Sequence record: OM319461.1
DNA length: 64,000 nucleotides
Strand: one strand, 5' to 3'
Shown here one piece after another: positions 1-9,908 of the stretch. Numbering within the stretch: the stretch's first letter is position 1; each line of letters starts with the position of its first letter. Made by a program: the position numbers and the translations under genes. The notes under the pieces are model-generated. The model did not search any database, was not told the origin of the DNA, and saw only the letters and a list, made by a program, of their open reading frames with translations.

Positions 1-1038
1 ATTCTTATTAATAGACGGAAGATCCAGAGCCATCATCGTAGCCGCCTCATCCTGTCCGTCTTTTATTTTTTGCTTCTCCACCTTCTTGGACCAGATGATC
101 TGTTTGTCACCAGCCAGTTCAGTAGCAGAATCAAGAATACCATCACCGAATAATTTACCATCTACTAACAGACGTATGTTGCCATACTCCATGTCATCAA
201 GACTATTCTTGATTACCTGTATGGCAGGGTCCATATCCAACCCTACTAGATCAAGGGTAACAAATGGAGTTGCATCGTCGTTCACGATAAACTTAGAAGC
301 TACCGCATTCTTCTCCGGAGTCACAATCATCTTGAAGATGCCTTTGGCTTCTTCTTCATTATGACTCAGACGATCAGGTGAACCCTGTGCAAAGATCTTG
401 CCGTAGTTGGATGAACTATGGATATGGCCAACAGTGATAAACCAATTAACAATAGACTCGTAGTTACTTGCCTTGTGATGATCACGCATGATTCCATTAG
501 GCAACTGATGACCAAACATCCCGTGCATTATTGCGATGTCTACGGAATCCAATCTTTGTTGGCGCATTAACTCCCTGACTTCCTGCCAAGTTTGATCTGT
601 TTCTCCACGCCATTCATCCGGAACATAAAGTATATTGATTCCGAACTCTTCCTCGTGGTCGATCTTTAAAACGTCAATGTATCGCAAGTCACAGCCCTTT
701 TCACCCAAGGCATTATTGATCGTCACAATAAGCTGCGATTGGTTTCGGTCATGAGATGGAGTACCTTCTAAGACTCTGAGGCGGACACCGCGTTCCTTTA
801 GCATACTTAGCCAATACATCATGAAATCCATTACCGCATAGACTTCGTTATCGGCCAAGGTGCGCAGTCTATCAAACAAGTCACCTGCCACCAGGATATA
901 GTCGAGTTCTCCAGTCAGATCATTGTCCGGAAAGAATCGATTGATCGTAGCAAGTAGTCTACTGATAGGTACACGCGGATGACAAAGGTGCACGTCGGAA
1001 ATCGTAGCAAATGCTAGATCACCAATCTGCTTCCTCAT
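1..1038 (-). CDS. SbcD/Mre11-like metallophosphoesterase nuclease (runs off the window start, partial)
   Basis: Read manually from ATG at 1038: MRKQIGDLAFATISDVHL...VAGDLFD...EGTPSHD...IMHGMF...VGHIHS. These are the calcineurin-like phosphoesterase motifs; the frame is open to base 1. Confidence 0.85.
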   Translation of the reverse strand, partial: MRKQIGDLAFATISDVHLCHPRVPISRLLATINRFFPDNDLTGELDYILVAGDLFDRLRTLADNEVYAVMDFMMYWLSMLKERGVRLRVLEGTPSHDRNQSQLIVTINNALGEKGCDLRYIDVLKIDHEEEFGINILYVPDEWRGETDQTWQEVRELMRQQRLDSVDIAIMHGMFGHQLPNGIMRDHHKASNYESIVNWFITVGHIHSSSNYGKIFAQGSPDRLSHNEEEAKGIFKMIVTPEKNAVASKFIVNDDATPFVTLDLVGLDMDPAIQVIKNSLDDMEYGNIRLLVDGKLFGDGILDSATELAGDKQIIWSKKVEKQKIKDGQDEAATMMALDLPSINKN

Positions 1039-1495
1039 AGGCAGCTGGTCTATTGTTTTGAGCACCAGACTCTCCTTCTTCGCTATCTGTTTTTGGTAAG
1101 TATCCGTAACGCGTTAGGATGAATTTCCATGCGTCTAGATCTTCCTGTGGTGGCTCTGACGCGTCGATTACTTCGCGCAGTGCACTTACCGCACCATTAA
1201 GGAACGCAGGGTTACGCTTGTGACGTGTGTCCTCTAATCCCTTGTTGATGATATTACCCATGTTCGTACCGACCTGGGTTTCAGGAGTATAAACAAGTGG
1301 CGGTACACGATAAAGTACTTTTGAATGATCTTCATCGTCAACTACTTCTACTGCCAGTGTCGGCTGTATTGCAACTTCTTCCACCCAGCGCATGCGGCCG
1401 TTTGGATTTTCGTTATCAAGTAGAAGCGGCAGATAGTTCTTTACGAAGTTGTGTTCGTTTATCTGAGGAACATCTTCAAAATTTTCAGGTTTCAT
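1019..1495 (-). CDS. Hypothetical protein, jumbo-phage core region
   Basis: ORF track 1019..1513; start moved to ATG 1495, which follows GAGG; overlaps its neighbours in operon fashion. Confidence 0.7.
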   Translation of the reverse strand: MKPENFEDVPQINEHNFVKNYLPLLLDNENPNGRMRWVEEVAIQPTLAVEVVDDEDHSKVLYRVPPLVYTPETQVGTNMGNIINKGLEDTRHKRNPAFLNGAVSALREVIDASEPPQEDLDAWKFILTRYGYLPKTDSEEGESGAQNNRPAAYEEADW

Positions 1496-1496
1496 A

Positions 1497-1898
1497 TTAA
1501 CCTCTCGTAGCATTGGTAATGCGAGTTAATGTTTTATCTGGGTCAATGCGGAGTACTTCAGACAACTGGTAGGACTGGCCACCGTGTGTTATTCGTGCAG
1601 ATAGCTCGATAGTGTATCTTGCTGACTCATGCGAATCAACGTCACTCACTATTACCGAAGCACCTTCTGGGAAATACGCTCGTAGGTATTCACCGAACTG
1701 TGATTCCATTTGGCGTATGAACTCTTTTGGTTCATTACCATAAAGTCCGGTCAGATATTGAAAAGAAAAAACATTGCCCAGGCCTTTGCCCTGCTGGGCT
1801 GTGGCTGTATATGCCTGGATAAAAAGCATACGCAAAAGGTCTTCAGGGTCTTTGACCACATTCTTTGCACCAAGGTGCAGAACAACGGGTTGTTTCAT
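1497..1898 (-). CDS. Hypothetical protein (133 aa)
   Basis: ORF in a co-directional operon, tightly packed with neighbours. Confidence 0.7.
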   Translation of the reverse strand: MKQPVVLHLGAKNVVKDPEDLLRMLFIQAYTATAQQGKGLGNVFSFQYLTGLYGNEPKEFIRQMESQFGEYLRAYFPEGASVIVSDVDSHESARYTIELSARITHGGQSYQLSEVLRIDPDKTLTRITNATRG

Positions 1899-1931
1899 AG
1901 AGGGTCCTTAAAAGGCCCCGAAGGGCCTTAA

Positions 1932-2543
1932 TTACATTAGGTCGTTTTCTGGTGAAGTCAGGTCGTAGTCTGTCTCGTCGATCATCCATGCAGCAGTTGT
2001 CATCAACACAGCTGCATTTCGTTTCTCTGAGATAGATAGGTCTTGTTCTTCTTTGTGTGACTCGTAGTACCAAGAAGCTTGAGAACGAGTTGTTCCGTCT
2101 TCTTGAGTGCTAGTTTGAACCACACCACTGGTGAACGCACGGTAGTCGTAGTGAGTACGACCGATGCCAGTAGGAGAAGCATCGACATAAAGATCACCAT
2201 AACCACGCAAGTTGCCTGCTTGGTATTCCTCACGGATTACTGGCGTTGCCATGATTACGCGACGTTCTTTTGAGTTGGCATGCTGGAAGTCACCTAAGGT
2301 AACTAACAAGCGCATTGGTTCTGCTTGCAGGATTACTTCATTTTTAGCACGCATCGAATCGATGATCTTGGCTGTTGTGCCGAAGTTTAGATCATGGAAT
2401 TTTTGCTGTACTTGTTGAAGAATACCTGTTGCTGCCACGGCAGTACCTACATATGATTGGTGAATCTGCTGGATAGCATTTTGCAATCCAGTCGATGGCT
2501 TACCAAACATAGAGGCGATTGCCATGTTGTGGGACATCATCAT
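1932..2543 (-). CDS. Conserved phiKZ-like hypothetical protein (203 aa)
   Basis: ORF with AGAGAG RBS, in the position usually found downstream of nvRNAP beta' in Chimalliviridae. Confidence 0.7.
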   Translation of the reverse strand: MMMSHNMAIASMFGKPSTGLQNAIQQIHQSYVGTAVAATGILQQVQQKFHDLNFGTTAKIIDSMRAKNEVILQAEPMRLLVTLGDFQHANSKERRVIMATPVIREEYQAGNLRGYGDLYVDASPTGIGRTHYDYRAFTSGVVQTSTQEDGTTRSQASWYYESHKEEQDLSISEKRNAAVLMTTAAWMIDETDYDLTSPENDLM

Positions 2544-2589
2544 GGGGTCTTCTCTCTTTTTGCTTTCAACACAAGATTGTGCTGAGGCG

Positions 2590-2745
2590 TTATAAATAAA
2601 GGACTAGGCCTTCATGTGTGATTTGAGGAACTGTGGTTTTACCAAGAATTAANTCCTGTGANTCNTCNTGNCGATANAGAGTACCNCCAAGGAANGGNGA
2701 NGATTTNGCATCNGCNAGNATNANCTTAACCTTNTCACCNCTCAT
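2590..2745 (-). CDS. Unlisted 51-aa protein (MxGxKVKxILADAKSSPFLGGTLYR...HEGLVLYL)
   Basis: Below the ORF-track cutoff; 17 of its 18 N bases fall at codon position 3 in this frame; overlaps the stop of the upstream ORF. Confidence 0.75.
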   Translation of the reverse strand: MXGXKVKXXXXDXKXXXFLXGTXYXXXXSQXLILGKTTVPQITHEGLVLYL

Positions 2746-3112
2746 GCGCTCNGCAGNTATNTCTGACTAGNGGCTCNCGGTNNTTNCCNTGCATNAGNGT
2801 AACCATCATNGANGTNTCNTCTANCCANCTNAGNCCTTCNAANTCANNNAGNCCATCTTGAGACTCCATGGCANNNATNNCTGGATTNTATACCATNANN
2901 GTNANNGNATCNGTACGNGCCATCATCATNGTNACAATGANCTTTTCNACACCNTTCCANTTNCCAACCAACATNNNATCNGTATTNGTNGTNAGTTCNT
3001 TCATGCGCTCNGGNAGNTTNTTNCGNGCCCACNCACTNACTTTNTCGTTCTTAAGTGCATTGGTCCANGANGNCAANANNTTGGCNTTGTCTAAACTAGA
3101 AAGCTTGAACAT
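2735..3112 (-). CDS. Hypothetical protein (125 aa, N-rich)
   Basis: Open frame through the ambiguous region; TCTATATAAC promoter-like motif upstream at 3146-3155. Confidence 0.6.
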   Translation of the reverse strand: MFKLSSLDXAXXLXXWTNALKNXKXSXWXXXXXXERMXEXXXNXDXMLVXXWXGXEKXIXXMMMXRXDXXXXMVXNPXXXAMESQDXXXXXEXXXWXXXXXMMVXXMXXXXXEXLVRXXCXAHEX

Positions 3113-3157
3113 ANNATGTTCCTNNTGTGGTTTNAATACANNGTNGTTATATAGAGA

Positions 3158-3544
3158 TCACTTTGCGTTCATTGCATCNGCGATCNGNNTNAANANCTGG
3201 AANNCCNNNNNCATNANTNNCATNGGTGGGTAAAANCCNTAGCCATCNTCNNCNGGGAAGAAGTNNGTNTGNCNGTATTCNCCNACAGTNAANTTNCCNN
3301 NGNAGATCNCTTCNACTTCTGTTTGAGNNTGNANCATACGNGCATTCTGATCTNNNGTCATTNNTTTNGCTTCNNCATCNNANGGNGANGANTCAAANCN
3401 CAATNNNGNNAAGTNGAANNNNCCANNNTCNACNTNCGNGAAGTCGAACCANATNTCATGGTTGTGNTCATAAAATGTGAANGACGTGTGTTTCTTNGGN
3501 TCNAGTNTTTCTTTGTTNNNGAANNTNANTTCTGANCGNAGCAT
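3158..3544 (-). CDS. Hypothetical protein (128 aa, N-rich)
   Basis: Open frame, follows a terminator-like hairpin near 3575-3597; many ambiguous bases. Confidence 0.5.
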   Translation of the reverse strand: MXXSEXXFXNKEXXXXKKHTXFTFYXHNHXXWFDFXXXXXXXFXXXXLXFXXXXXDXEXKXMXXDQNXRMXXXQTEXEXIXXXXXTXXEYXXXXFFXXXDGXXFYPXMXXMXXXFQXXXXIXDAMNAK

Positions 3545-3603
3545 GNGNNATTNCTCNANTAAAAAATAAGNTAAGNGANGAGGGGTTTTACCCCCTCCTC
3601 NTT

Positions 3604-3795
3604 TTAGATTACCATNACTTCACTTGCNATGAAGTTGGCGATTGTTTGNACAGTNGGACTAGGTAAGTCAGCGATGTGNCGAATAGTACCAGGNTTNANN
3701 GTATCNTGGATACCGTANTGTGGCGCTAGTGTTTCGAANCCATCAGCTGTNGCATTATCNAGGATAAGCTCACCAGTCATCATGTCGCCNTCNAA
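3604..3795 (-). CDS. Non-virion RNAP beta' N-terminal subunit, exon 2 (phiKZ gp56.1-like)
   Basis: Begins TTN GAN GGC GAC ATG (F-D-G-D-M) immediately after a G at 3796, completing the NAD|FDGD active-site motif. Confidence 0.85.
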   Translation of the reverse strand, partial: XXGDMMTGELIXDNXTADXFETLAPXYGIXDXXXPGTIXHIADLPSXTXQTIANFXASEXMVI

Positions 3796-5128
3796 CGGNG
3801 TCTTCACATAGGTCGTTAATCTATGCAGTTCTCTTATGAACTTCTCCAGGNTTTCACTGGACGCCGAGACTATATCAATCCTCGGGNNTAAGACTTCTTC
3901 AGTCAACCCGAGGCGTGTGCNTTTGGNNGCCACTTGGCCNCTACAGGGNGCAGAATCCCTTAGTCGTTGAACCTTTACCATATNTATCNTCACNGATATA
4001 CNTAGGCACTTGGCTGCTNGAANTGTCCATTATCAAAANCCTTAGGCTCTCACCATAGNNCATCCCAACGTCTTTTCTGACTTTCGTCACCNTTGCCGTN
4101 TATCCTTTCGGATTCCGTTTTGGTGNTGGGCTTTAGACTTTACCAGCAATTAACACACTCTCACCCGTATGTCACCATANGGGCGGACTTACAATTTAAA
4201 NTTCCANNCNTTGAAAGAAGNNTTTTCTCTTCTTCATCCTANNNAGTCGNNTNCCNTTNATCTTNGTTTTCNNTATNANNTCNCGAATACTNNTNCCAGN
4301 GANNTCNNNGCNNGTNCTCATNAACCANGCANTNATGTCNTCNNNNGTNCNNTGATTNTNCCTGAANNNTTCAGGAAANTCACCNTCNAGACTAAANAAG
4401 AAACCNCNNGTNGGGTANTCCTTGCCTTTCTTTANTACNCGCTTNATNTTTGANTTNGGTACATNTATCTGTCTNGCNANNGANGCNACATTGANATCNA
4501 CANANANNTTTCCTGTNTCNATNTGNTTAGNATANACAGAATCAGTTACCNNNAANGTNCCNGGANTNACTCNNTCTTCTANNTTNGGCANTTGNACGAT
4601 AAATGACTATCGTTCTCATACCANCCNGAAACNNTCANNTGATATGAAAGCTNNGCNGNAGANANACCNATCTTTATCNGANGTNNCNTTNANNCCNTCN
4701 GANTTAAACCAAATNTNNTTGNCTTTNTCNAAAACNTCCAAGGACTTCATTTCNGTCCTNAGNCCCANNNNATANGCATGTAGAAGATTNCCNCNATANG
4801 NNGTNNANTCNAAATTNNTNGCATNNGGNTTNTGNTTNTCNCCATNTANATGATTNACNACCTTNAANNATNACTGGNTCTGGATTTATNACCCANGATT
4901 CNGCAACNAGACGATGNANNANAATNGTCTTGNTCGNCATCNGGNGAGGNNAGAGTNAGATACCANTTTTCCTTNGGTGGATTGATACTCTNCTTCTTGT
5001 TTNNNNTNCAGNTTATAGACNNTTCCNCANNCANNNANNGCNAGNGAAGGATGNTGNNNNGANCGTCTGAAAATCATGCCGTTNATCANGATTTCCATNN
5101 ANCCTCCTGAGAGGTATTGNNTTANTTT
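3796..5128 (-). mobile_element. Group I intron 1 (in the nvRNAP beta' DFDGD motif)
   Basis: Minus strand: P AATTGCTGG (4151-4143), R TTCAACGACTA (3971-3961), S GATATAGTC (3876-3868), terminal G at 3796, IGS GTCCGC at 4188-4183; splicing restores the motif. Confidence 0.88.
4189..5098 (-). CDS. Intron-encoded HNH homing endonuclease (apparent frameshifts; artefact or pseudogene)
   Basis: CAGGAGG RBS then ATG at 5098; fragments HRLVAESW.INP and KVVNHxDG.K.N are HNH-like but lie in shifting frames in an N-dense region; TAA at 4189-4191 abuts the IGS. Confidence 0.65.
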
Positions 5129-6463
5129 GTCTGCNTTTGGNCCNTTAATGGATATGACAGAGATCTTTATATCGTCTCGTGACAAACCAACGATGCGGAA
5201 ACGCTGAGTCGATAGACGGTCCAATGANGGATAACGNGTCAGTGTGGTGATAANACCACGACCTTTTCTTACCGAGCGAGTTGTCAATGTACAGCCGATC
5301 TCTGCTTCAATAGGTGAAACTTCATTCGGCTTGAGTGGAGGAGTCTCATCAATGAGATCTTCCAGGATGCGCCATAGTAGTGGATCACGATCCTTGGCAT
5401 GTTCATTGACATACGACATTGCTCTGGAAAGTGAGAAACCATGCTGTCTAACAAGTCGTCGTACTACGACGTGCTGGAGACAAGACAACATTTGGTTATA
5501 TGGCACAATCAACGTATCGTACTCATGTGGCTCATGGCGAGAAGTAATGATACCACGGTACGAGAAGTTTAGACGGTTACCATAAAGTACACGACGCAAC
5601 CAGCCAGGCTTACCAGACAGAACATTAGTTACTACATTCTGATAGTATTCACCTAGGTTAACCATCACTGACGTAAAGCGTGCTTCTAGTCGAGTAATGT
5701 CACGTTCTTCTTTAATCCCTGCTGCTGTGAAAGCTGCTTCTACCGCAGAGTCAATTGTCTGGTCGTAATACGTACCGACAGAAGTCTCTTCGATAATCAT
5801 TGCTACTTTACTTGGCAATGGGATTACACGTGTAAAGATTGCGTTGCGATACTTTTGAACGAACAATTGAAGTTCTAAGCGACGCTGAACATTGGTAATG
5901 TTCTTCAGTATGATCTTATCCAAGATAACATCAAAGTTTTCAATCACACTACGCAAGCCACGACGAATTCCTAGGTTATGGAAACCTTCGATAATACGAG
6001 TTGTCTTACAGTTAGCACGGTTAGAGGAAACTTCTGGCGTTACCTTGTTTGGGTTACACATCCACTCGAGGCCACTGAACTTACGATGCGTTAGTGGCTT
6101 ACTTAACATTACCCATGCAAGGGGCATGAAAAGAAATTCGATTTCATGTGGGGCTGCAATCCAAAGATCGGACTGGATAGCGCGTAAGTTTGGGGAAGCG
6201 ACGACTTGTCCACAAACATCACATTGAATACCTACTTGGTGTGCTTTATTGTATTTACCACACAAACAACGAGGACGGTTTTCCAAGACGTCTGTTGTAG
6301 AACATGTGGTTACAGTCAAGCTCTCCAGGAAGCGTTCATCATCTTTCGTATCTACCGACAGTTCATTTACAATGATAGGCGGAGTCTTCAAAGCATTGAA
6401 TTGCTCTTCGAAGTTTACCGGTCGGAATACAAGGCCCTTTTCTTTCAGTGTTGGTTTTGTCAT
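5129..6463 (-). CDS. Non-virion RNAP beta' N-terminal subunit, exon 1 (phiKZ gp55-like)
   Basis: Zn finger RCLCGKY...CDVCG; WLRRVLYGNRLNFSYRGII resembles RpoC [20 protein letters not shown]; ends P-x-A-D; lies directly downstream of chimallin. Confidence 0.9.
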
Positions 6464-6505
6464 TACTATCTCCTCGTTGACAAAAATAAAAATTAAAAGA
6501 ATACA

Positions 6506-6532
6506 TGCCCAGTAGCACGGGGCTACTGGGCA
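6506..6532 (-). terminator. Rho-independent terminator after chimallin
   Basis: 11-bp stem TGCCCAGTAGC/GCTACTGGGCA followed by a U-rich run on the minus strand. Confidence 0.8.
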
Positions 6533-6555
6533 AGGTATTAGTTAATCAACACTTA

Positions 6556-8493
6556 CTAGATGTAGATGTGACCAGGGATGTGGTTACCGAATTGGCTACC
6601 TGCTGCACCAACGTTTGCACGGAACACATTGTTAACTACGTTACCGTCAATTGCTTGACCGTAAACGAAGCCGCTTGCTAGCTGGCTGATGATTTGAGTA
6701 TCAACTAGACCACGTGGGTTCATGTTGATGCCCGCAACAGACATAGCAGCTGCCATGCGTGGACCTAGCTCAGGGTTGAAGAATACACGGATGTATAGAG
6801 TATCGAAGTTACCTTCAGCCGATGGCTCAAGAGCAACGATATCTTTACGACGACCGTCTAGACGTTCTAGACCTTGAGCACCGTCAGTTGCACCAGGGAT
6901 GAATGATTCAGAGAATGCATTCACTGGAGAATCGATTGATGCTGCTTGCTCTTTAGCTGCTGCTACTGCAAATAGCGTATCGATGTGACGGATGTCAGAT
7001 GGAGAACCATCAGGTAGGTTGTATTCACCACCGTGAACGATAACTGTGTTAGCTTGGACAACTTCTTTGTCTTTAGCTTGAGCCCACTGTTTAGAGAACT
7101 CACCGCCAGTCATTGCGTCGAACAGGTTGATCAATGCATCGTTAGCGCCAGATACACGTTTAGCCGCAGCTAGGAATAGCTGTTGAGTCCAAGATTCAGC
7201 AGTACCGATACCGATGTCCATTGCTAGTGTCATTGAGTTATGCACGAAGTATGCGTCACAGAATGCACGGAATGTAACAGAGTCAGTAGAAGAAGCTGCT
7301 TGAGTGTACTCAATCATTTTTGGCTTAGGAGTAAACTGAACACCAGCACCAGCGTATGGTTCGTATTGGTAACCTAGTACACCTAGATCACGAGAGATAG
7401 GACCACGCTTAGCAGGGTTAGCGAAGATTGATTCCCAGTTACGACCAGATGCCAACAGAGTTGTAGACATTAGACCGATTACTGGAGTTAGTGGGTTTTC
7501 GATAGTTACACGTGCACAAGACTCAGATGCATCAACACCTGTTAGTACTAGTAGCGCATGGTTTTCTGGACGAGCGCCATTGTGCATCATACCTGGTTGC
7601 ATTTGTGGCATGATGCCAGGAGTACGGATAGTATCGAACTTAACTGCTGTACGAGAAAGTAGAGCAGACATACCGTCGTCATGTGGGTCGAAGCTGTTGT
7701 TCTTACGCTCTGAAGCGCGAACTGTGATAACTGCGTCACATGCTGTTGCACGGCCATTGCTCATTACAACGTTTTGACCAGGCAGGATTTCTGTGTCAAC
7801 GTCAACTTGAACTTCTTGGCTCTTGAACAGAGACACGTCAACCAAGTTAGCAGGGTTTGCTTTAGACTTGATTGCGTTTGCTGCTAGGTTGTAGATGCGC
7901 TCAACGTTACCTTCTTCAAGGATTGGTTGGTTCTTACCTACAGCGTAGAAGTGTACAGGCACAACTGCTTCACCAGCTACTTGGAATTTCTCTGCTAGGA
8001 AAGCACGTACTTTACCGATGTAGCGTTCGTTCCAGCATTTAGATACTGGGAAGTCGATTGTGATTTTCTTACCGCCGCCTGCGAAGTTTTTGTTAACTAG
8101 CTCTTCGTGTTGACGCATTGGAGCGTAAAGAAGTGCTTCAGGTAGAAGTGCGTAGAAGAAAACACGAGACTGAACTTTCTTAGCGTATACCATGATAGGT
8201 AGAGCTAGATCAGCTGGCTTAGCGTGGAAGAACTTAACTGCGTCTGCGCTACCGTCGCCTTTTTGGATTTCTTCAGTCGCTTCTACGAACTTAGCGAATG
8301 TACCTTCACCTAGAGAAGATACTTGAGTGTGACCGAATGCTGCAAGCATAGACTTGAAGCCGCCAGTTTGTTGTGCAGTTTGTTGTGGTTGAGCTGCTGC
8401 TGGAGCTGCTTGAGTTTGCACTTGTGGCTGAGCTACTTCTACTTGAGTTTCAGCTGATTTGTTTTGTTGTGCGTTTGGTGCTACGAATGTCAT
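6556..8493 (-). CDS. chmA: Chimallin (phage nucleus shell protein)
   Basis: 645 aa with a disordered Q/A-rich N-terminus; diagnostic synteny (DNA pol - opposite-strand core gene - ChmA - nvRNAP beta'). Call rests on size and synteny, not on alignment. Confidence 0.8.
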   Translation of the reverse strand: MTFVAPNAQQNKSAETQVEVAQPQVQTQAAPAAAQPQQTAQQTGGFKSMLAAFGHTQVSSLGEGTFAKFVEATEEIQKGDGSADAVKFFHAKPADLALPIMVYAKKVQSRVFFYALLPEALLYAPMRQHEELVNKNFAGGGKKITIDFPVSKCWNERYIGKVRAFLAEKFQVAGEAVVPVHFYAVGKNQPILEEGNVERIYNLAANAIKSKANPANLVDVSLFKSQEVQVDVDTEILPGQNVVMSNGRATACDAVITVRASERKNNSFDPHDDGMSALLSRTAVKFDTIRTPGIMPQMQPGMMHNGARPENHALLVLTGVDASESCARVTIENPLTPVIGLMSTTLLASGRNWESIFANPAKRGPISRDLGVLGYQYEPYAGAGVQFTPKPKMIEYTQAASSTDSVTFRAFCDAYFVHNSMTLAMDIGIGTAESWTQQLFLAAAKRVSGANDALINLFDAMTGGEFSKQWAQAKDKEVVQANTVIVHGGEYNLPDGSPSDIRHIDTLFAVAAAKEQAASIDSPVNAFSESFIPGATDGAQGLERLDGRRKDIVALEPSAEGNFDTLYIRVFFNPELGPRMAAAMSVAGINMNPRGLVDTQIISQLASGFVYGQAIDGNVVNNVFRANVGAAGSQFGNHIPGHIYI

Positions 8494-8561
8494 CGTGGAC
8501 TCCTGGTTTCTTTGTGGTTAATCAATTCGAATTGATTGGTTTAATGTTCCAATCCATCATT

Positions 8562-8571
8562 GTTATATAGA
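8562..8571 (-). promoter_or_regulatory. Early-type promoter motif TCTATATAAC upstream of chmA
   Basis: Variant of TCTATATTAC repeated before several operons; phiKZ early consensus is TATATTAC. Confidence 0.6.
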
Positions 8572-8642
8572 AATCAATATTTCTTGAAATCAACTCTAAA
8601 GGGGGTGGTAATCACCCCGTACTGGTTTCCCAGTACGAGTGT

Positions 8643-8655
8643 CATACTATTAGGT
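8643..8655 (-). promoter_or_regulatory. Late-type promoter motif ACCTAATAGTATG
   Basis: Identical 13-mer at 22430-22442(+); near-identical copies in the 18-19 kb array; ends in TATG like phiKZ late promoters. Confidence 0.55.
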
Positions 8656-8830
8656 ATAAACACTAGTAAGTTTTACTGGGAGATTCATTATCGAAAGAGA
8701 TCGACTGATCACTTCCTATATAATGGAGATAGAGTGTTAATTTTGAAATACATATTCATAAACATCTGGGTTATATAGATATCGGCTTTTCTTGAAATCA
8801 AATTAAATAGAGGATTAACAGGAGGAAACT

Positions 8831-9895
8831 ATGTACAGCCTCATTAACAAAGACATTACTCTATCTCGAGGTACAAAGGTCAATCCACATGTATCTCGAC
8901 TTGTGGCTCAACATAAGACAAACGTTGAGAAACAGATTGCATGGTATAAAGAGAACTACCAAGAAGTTAATGGGCGCAACCCACTTGTTCGTTTAGCTTA
9001 TGGTATTCTATCTTATCGTCAAGACAATGCGATGCTTGCCTATCAGACTGCAAAAACATTCATGCAGGAACTCATCAGCCCAATTGGCTTTACGTCAGAT
9101 GTACATGAAGGCAAAGTCCACTATGAGTTCTTCGGTGAAACACCTACGGCTATCCTTGCCCTGGATCGTTCCAATCCAGCTGAAGTATTCGTGTCGAGTA
9201 ACAACTATCAAACCTTACGTCCTGTAAAGGTAGTCCATGTTCCGAGTGCAAAGGATAATCTATTGCGTCCGGATCTTGCCGAGCACGAAACTGGCTTTGG
9301 TCTCATTACTGTCGATGTTCCATTGTTTGCAATGGGTCTTGCACAGTGGATGAAGCAAAACATGAAGAAGGACCCAGACAAGCGAGAAGGTGTTGAACAA
9401 TTCATTGGTCGTTGGGTATTGCCGAATGCAATGTATGGTCAAGCAGATAACTATCCCTTGGCTGTGCTAGAAGCAAAAACTTTTGAAGCGTGCGAAAGTA
9501 GCTCGAAACAAATGCTTCCTGATGTTGGCAAAGACTTCTTTAAATATCTGAACGAGTTTAAAGATGAACTAAATGCAGCAAACACAATAGAAGATGTTCT
9601 TAAGACTCTACCAGCTGTTTTCAAGAAGACTCAGTTCGATGCGATCTTATTTCCTCGTGGCTATGTTCCAAAGCAAAGTCACTGGGCAAGAAGTTCTGCA
9701 TTCCTGCGTCCATTAAAGATAGCAATGGAAATCGCAACAGATAACCAAGATGGACGAGCACTGAAGAATAAGTTCAAGCGCGAGCAGCGTCGCATGGACC
9801 AAGAGAAAACATATGACTCACTGGATGACACACTAATGTCAACCGAGTTATCTCTTTATCGCCTAGATATCCAATTCATGTTCGAAGCAATGTAA
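8831..9895 (+). CDS. Conserved Chimalliviridae core protein (phiKZ gp52-like)
   Basis: 354 aa, AGGAGG RBS, opposite strand between chmA and DNA polymerase as in phiKZ. Confidence 0.65.
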   Translation: MYSLINKDITLSRGTKVNPHVSRLVAQHKTNVEKQIAWYKENYQEVNGRNPLVRLAYGILSYRQDNAMLAYQTAKTFMQELISPIGFTSDVHEGKVHYEFFGETPTAILALDRSNPAEVFVSSNNYQTLRPVKVVHVPSAKDNLLRPDLAEHETGFGLITVDVPLFAMGLAQWMKQNMKKDPDKREGVEQFIGRWVLPNAMYGQADNYPLAVLEAKTFEACESSSKQMLPDVGKDFFKYLNEFKDELNAANTIEDVLKTLPAVFKKTQFDAILFPRGYVPKQSHWARSSAFLRPLKIAMEIATDNQDGRALKNKFKREQRRMDQEKTYDSLDDTLMSTELSLYRLDIQFMFEAM

Positions 9896-9908
9896 AAAAA
9901 AAAAGAAT

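Noticed and set aside
3796-3993. N-terminal part of the listed 129-aa ORF 3604..3993
   Set aside because: It runs through the intron R/S core; only 3604-3795 (from FDGD) is the true exon.
4886-5128. C-terminal extension of the 525-aa ORF
   Set aside because: Read-through into intron 1 and the in-frame start of its endonuclease, not RNAP sequence.
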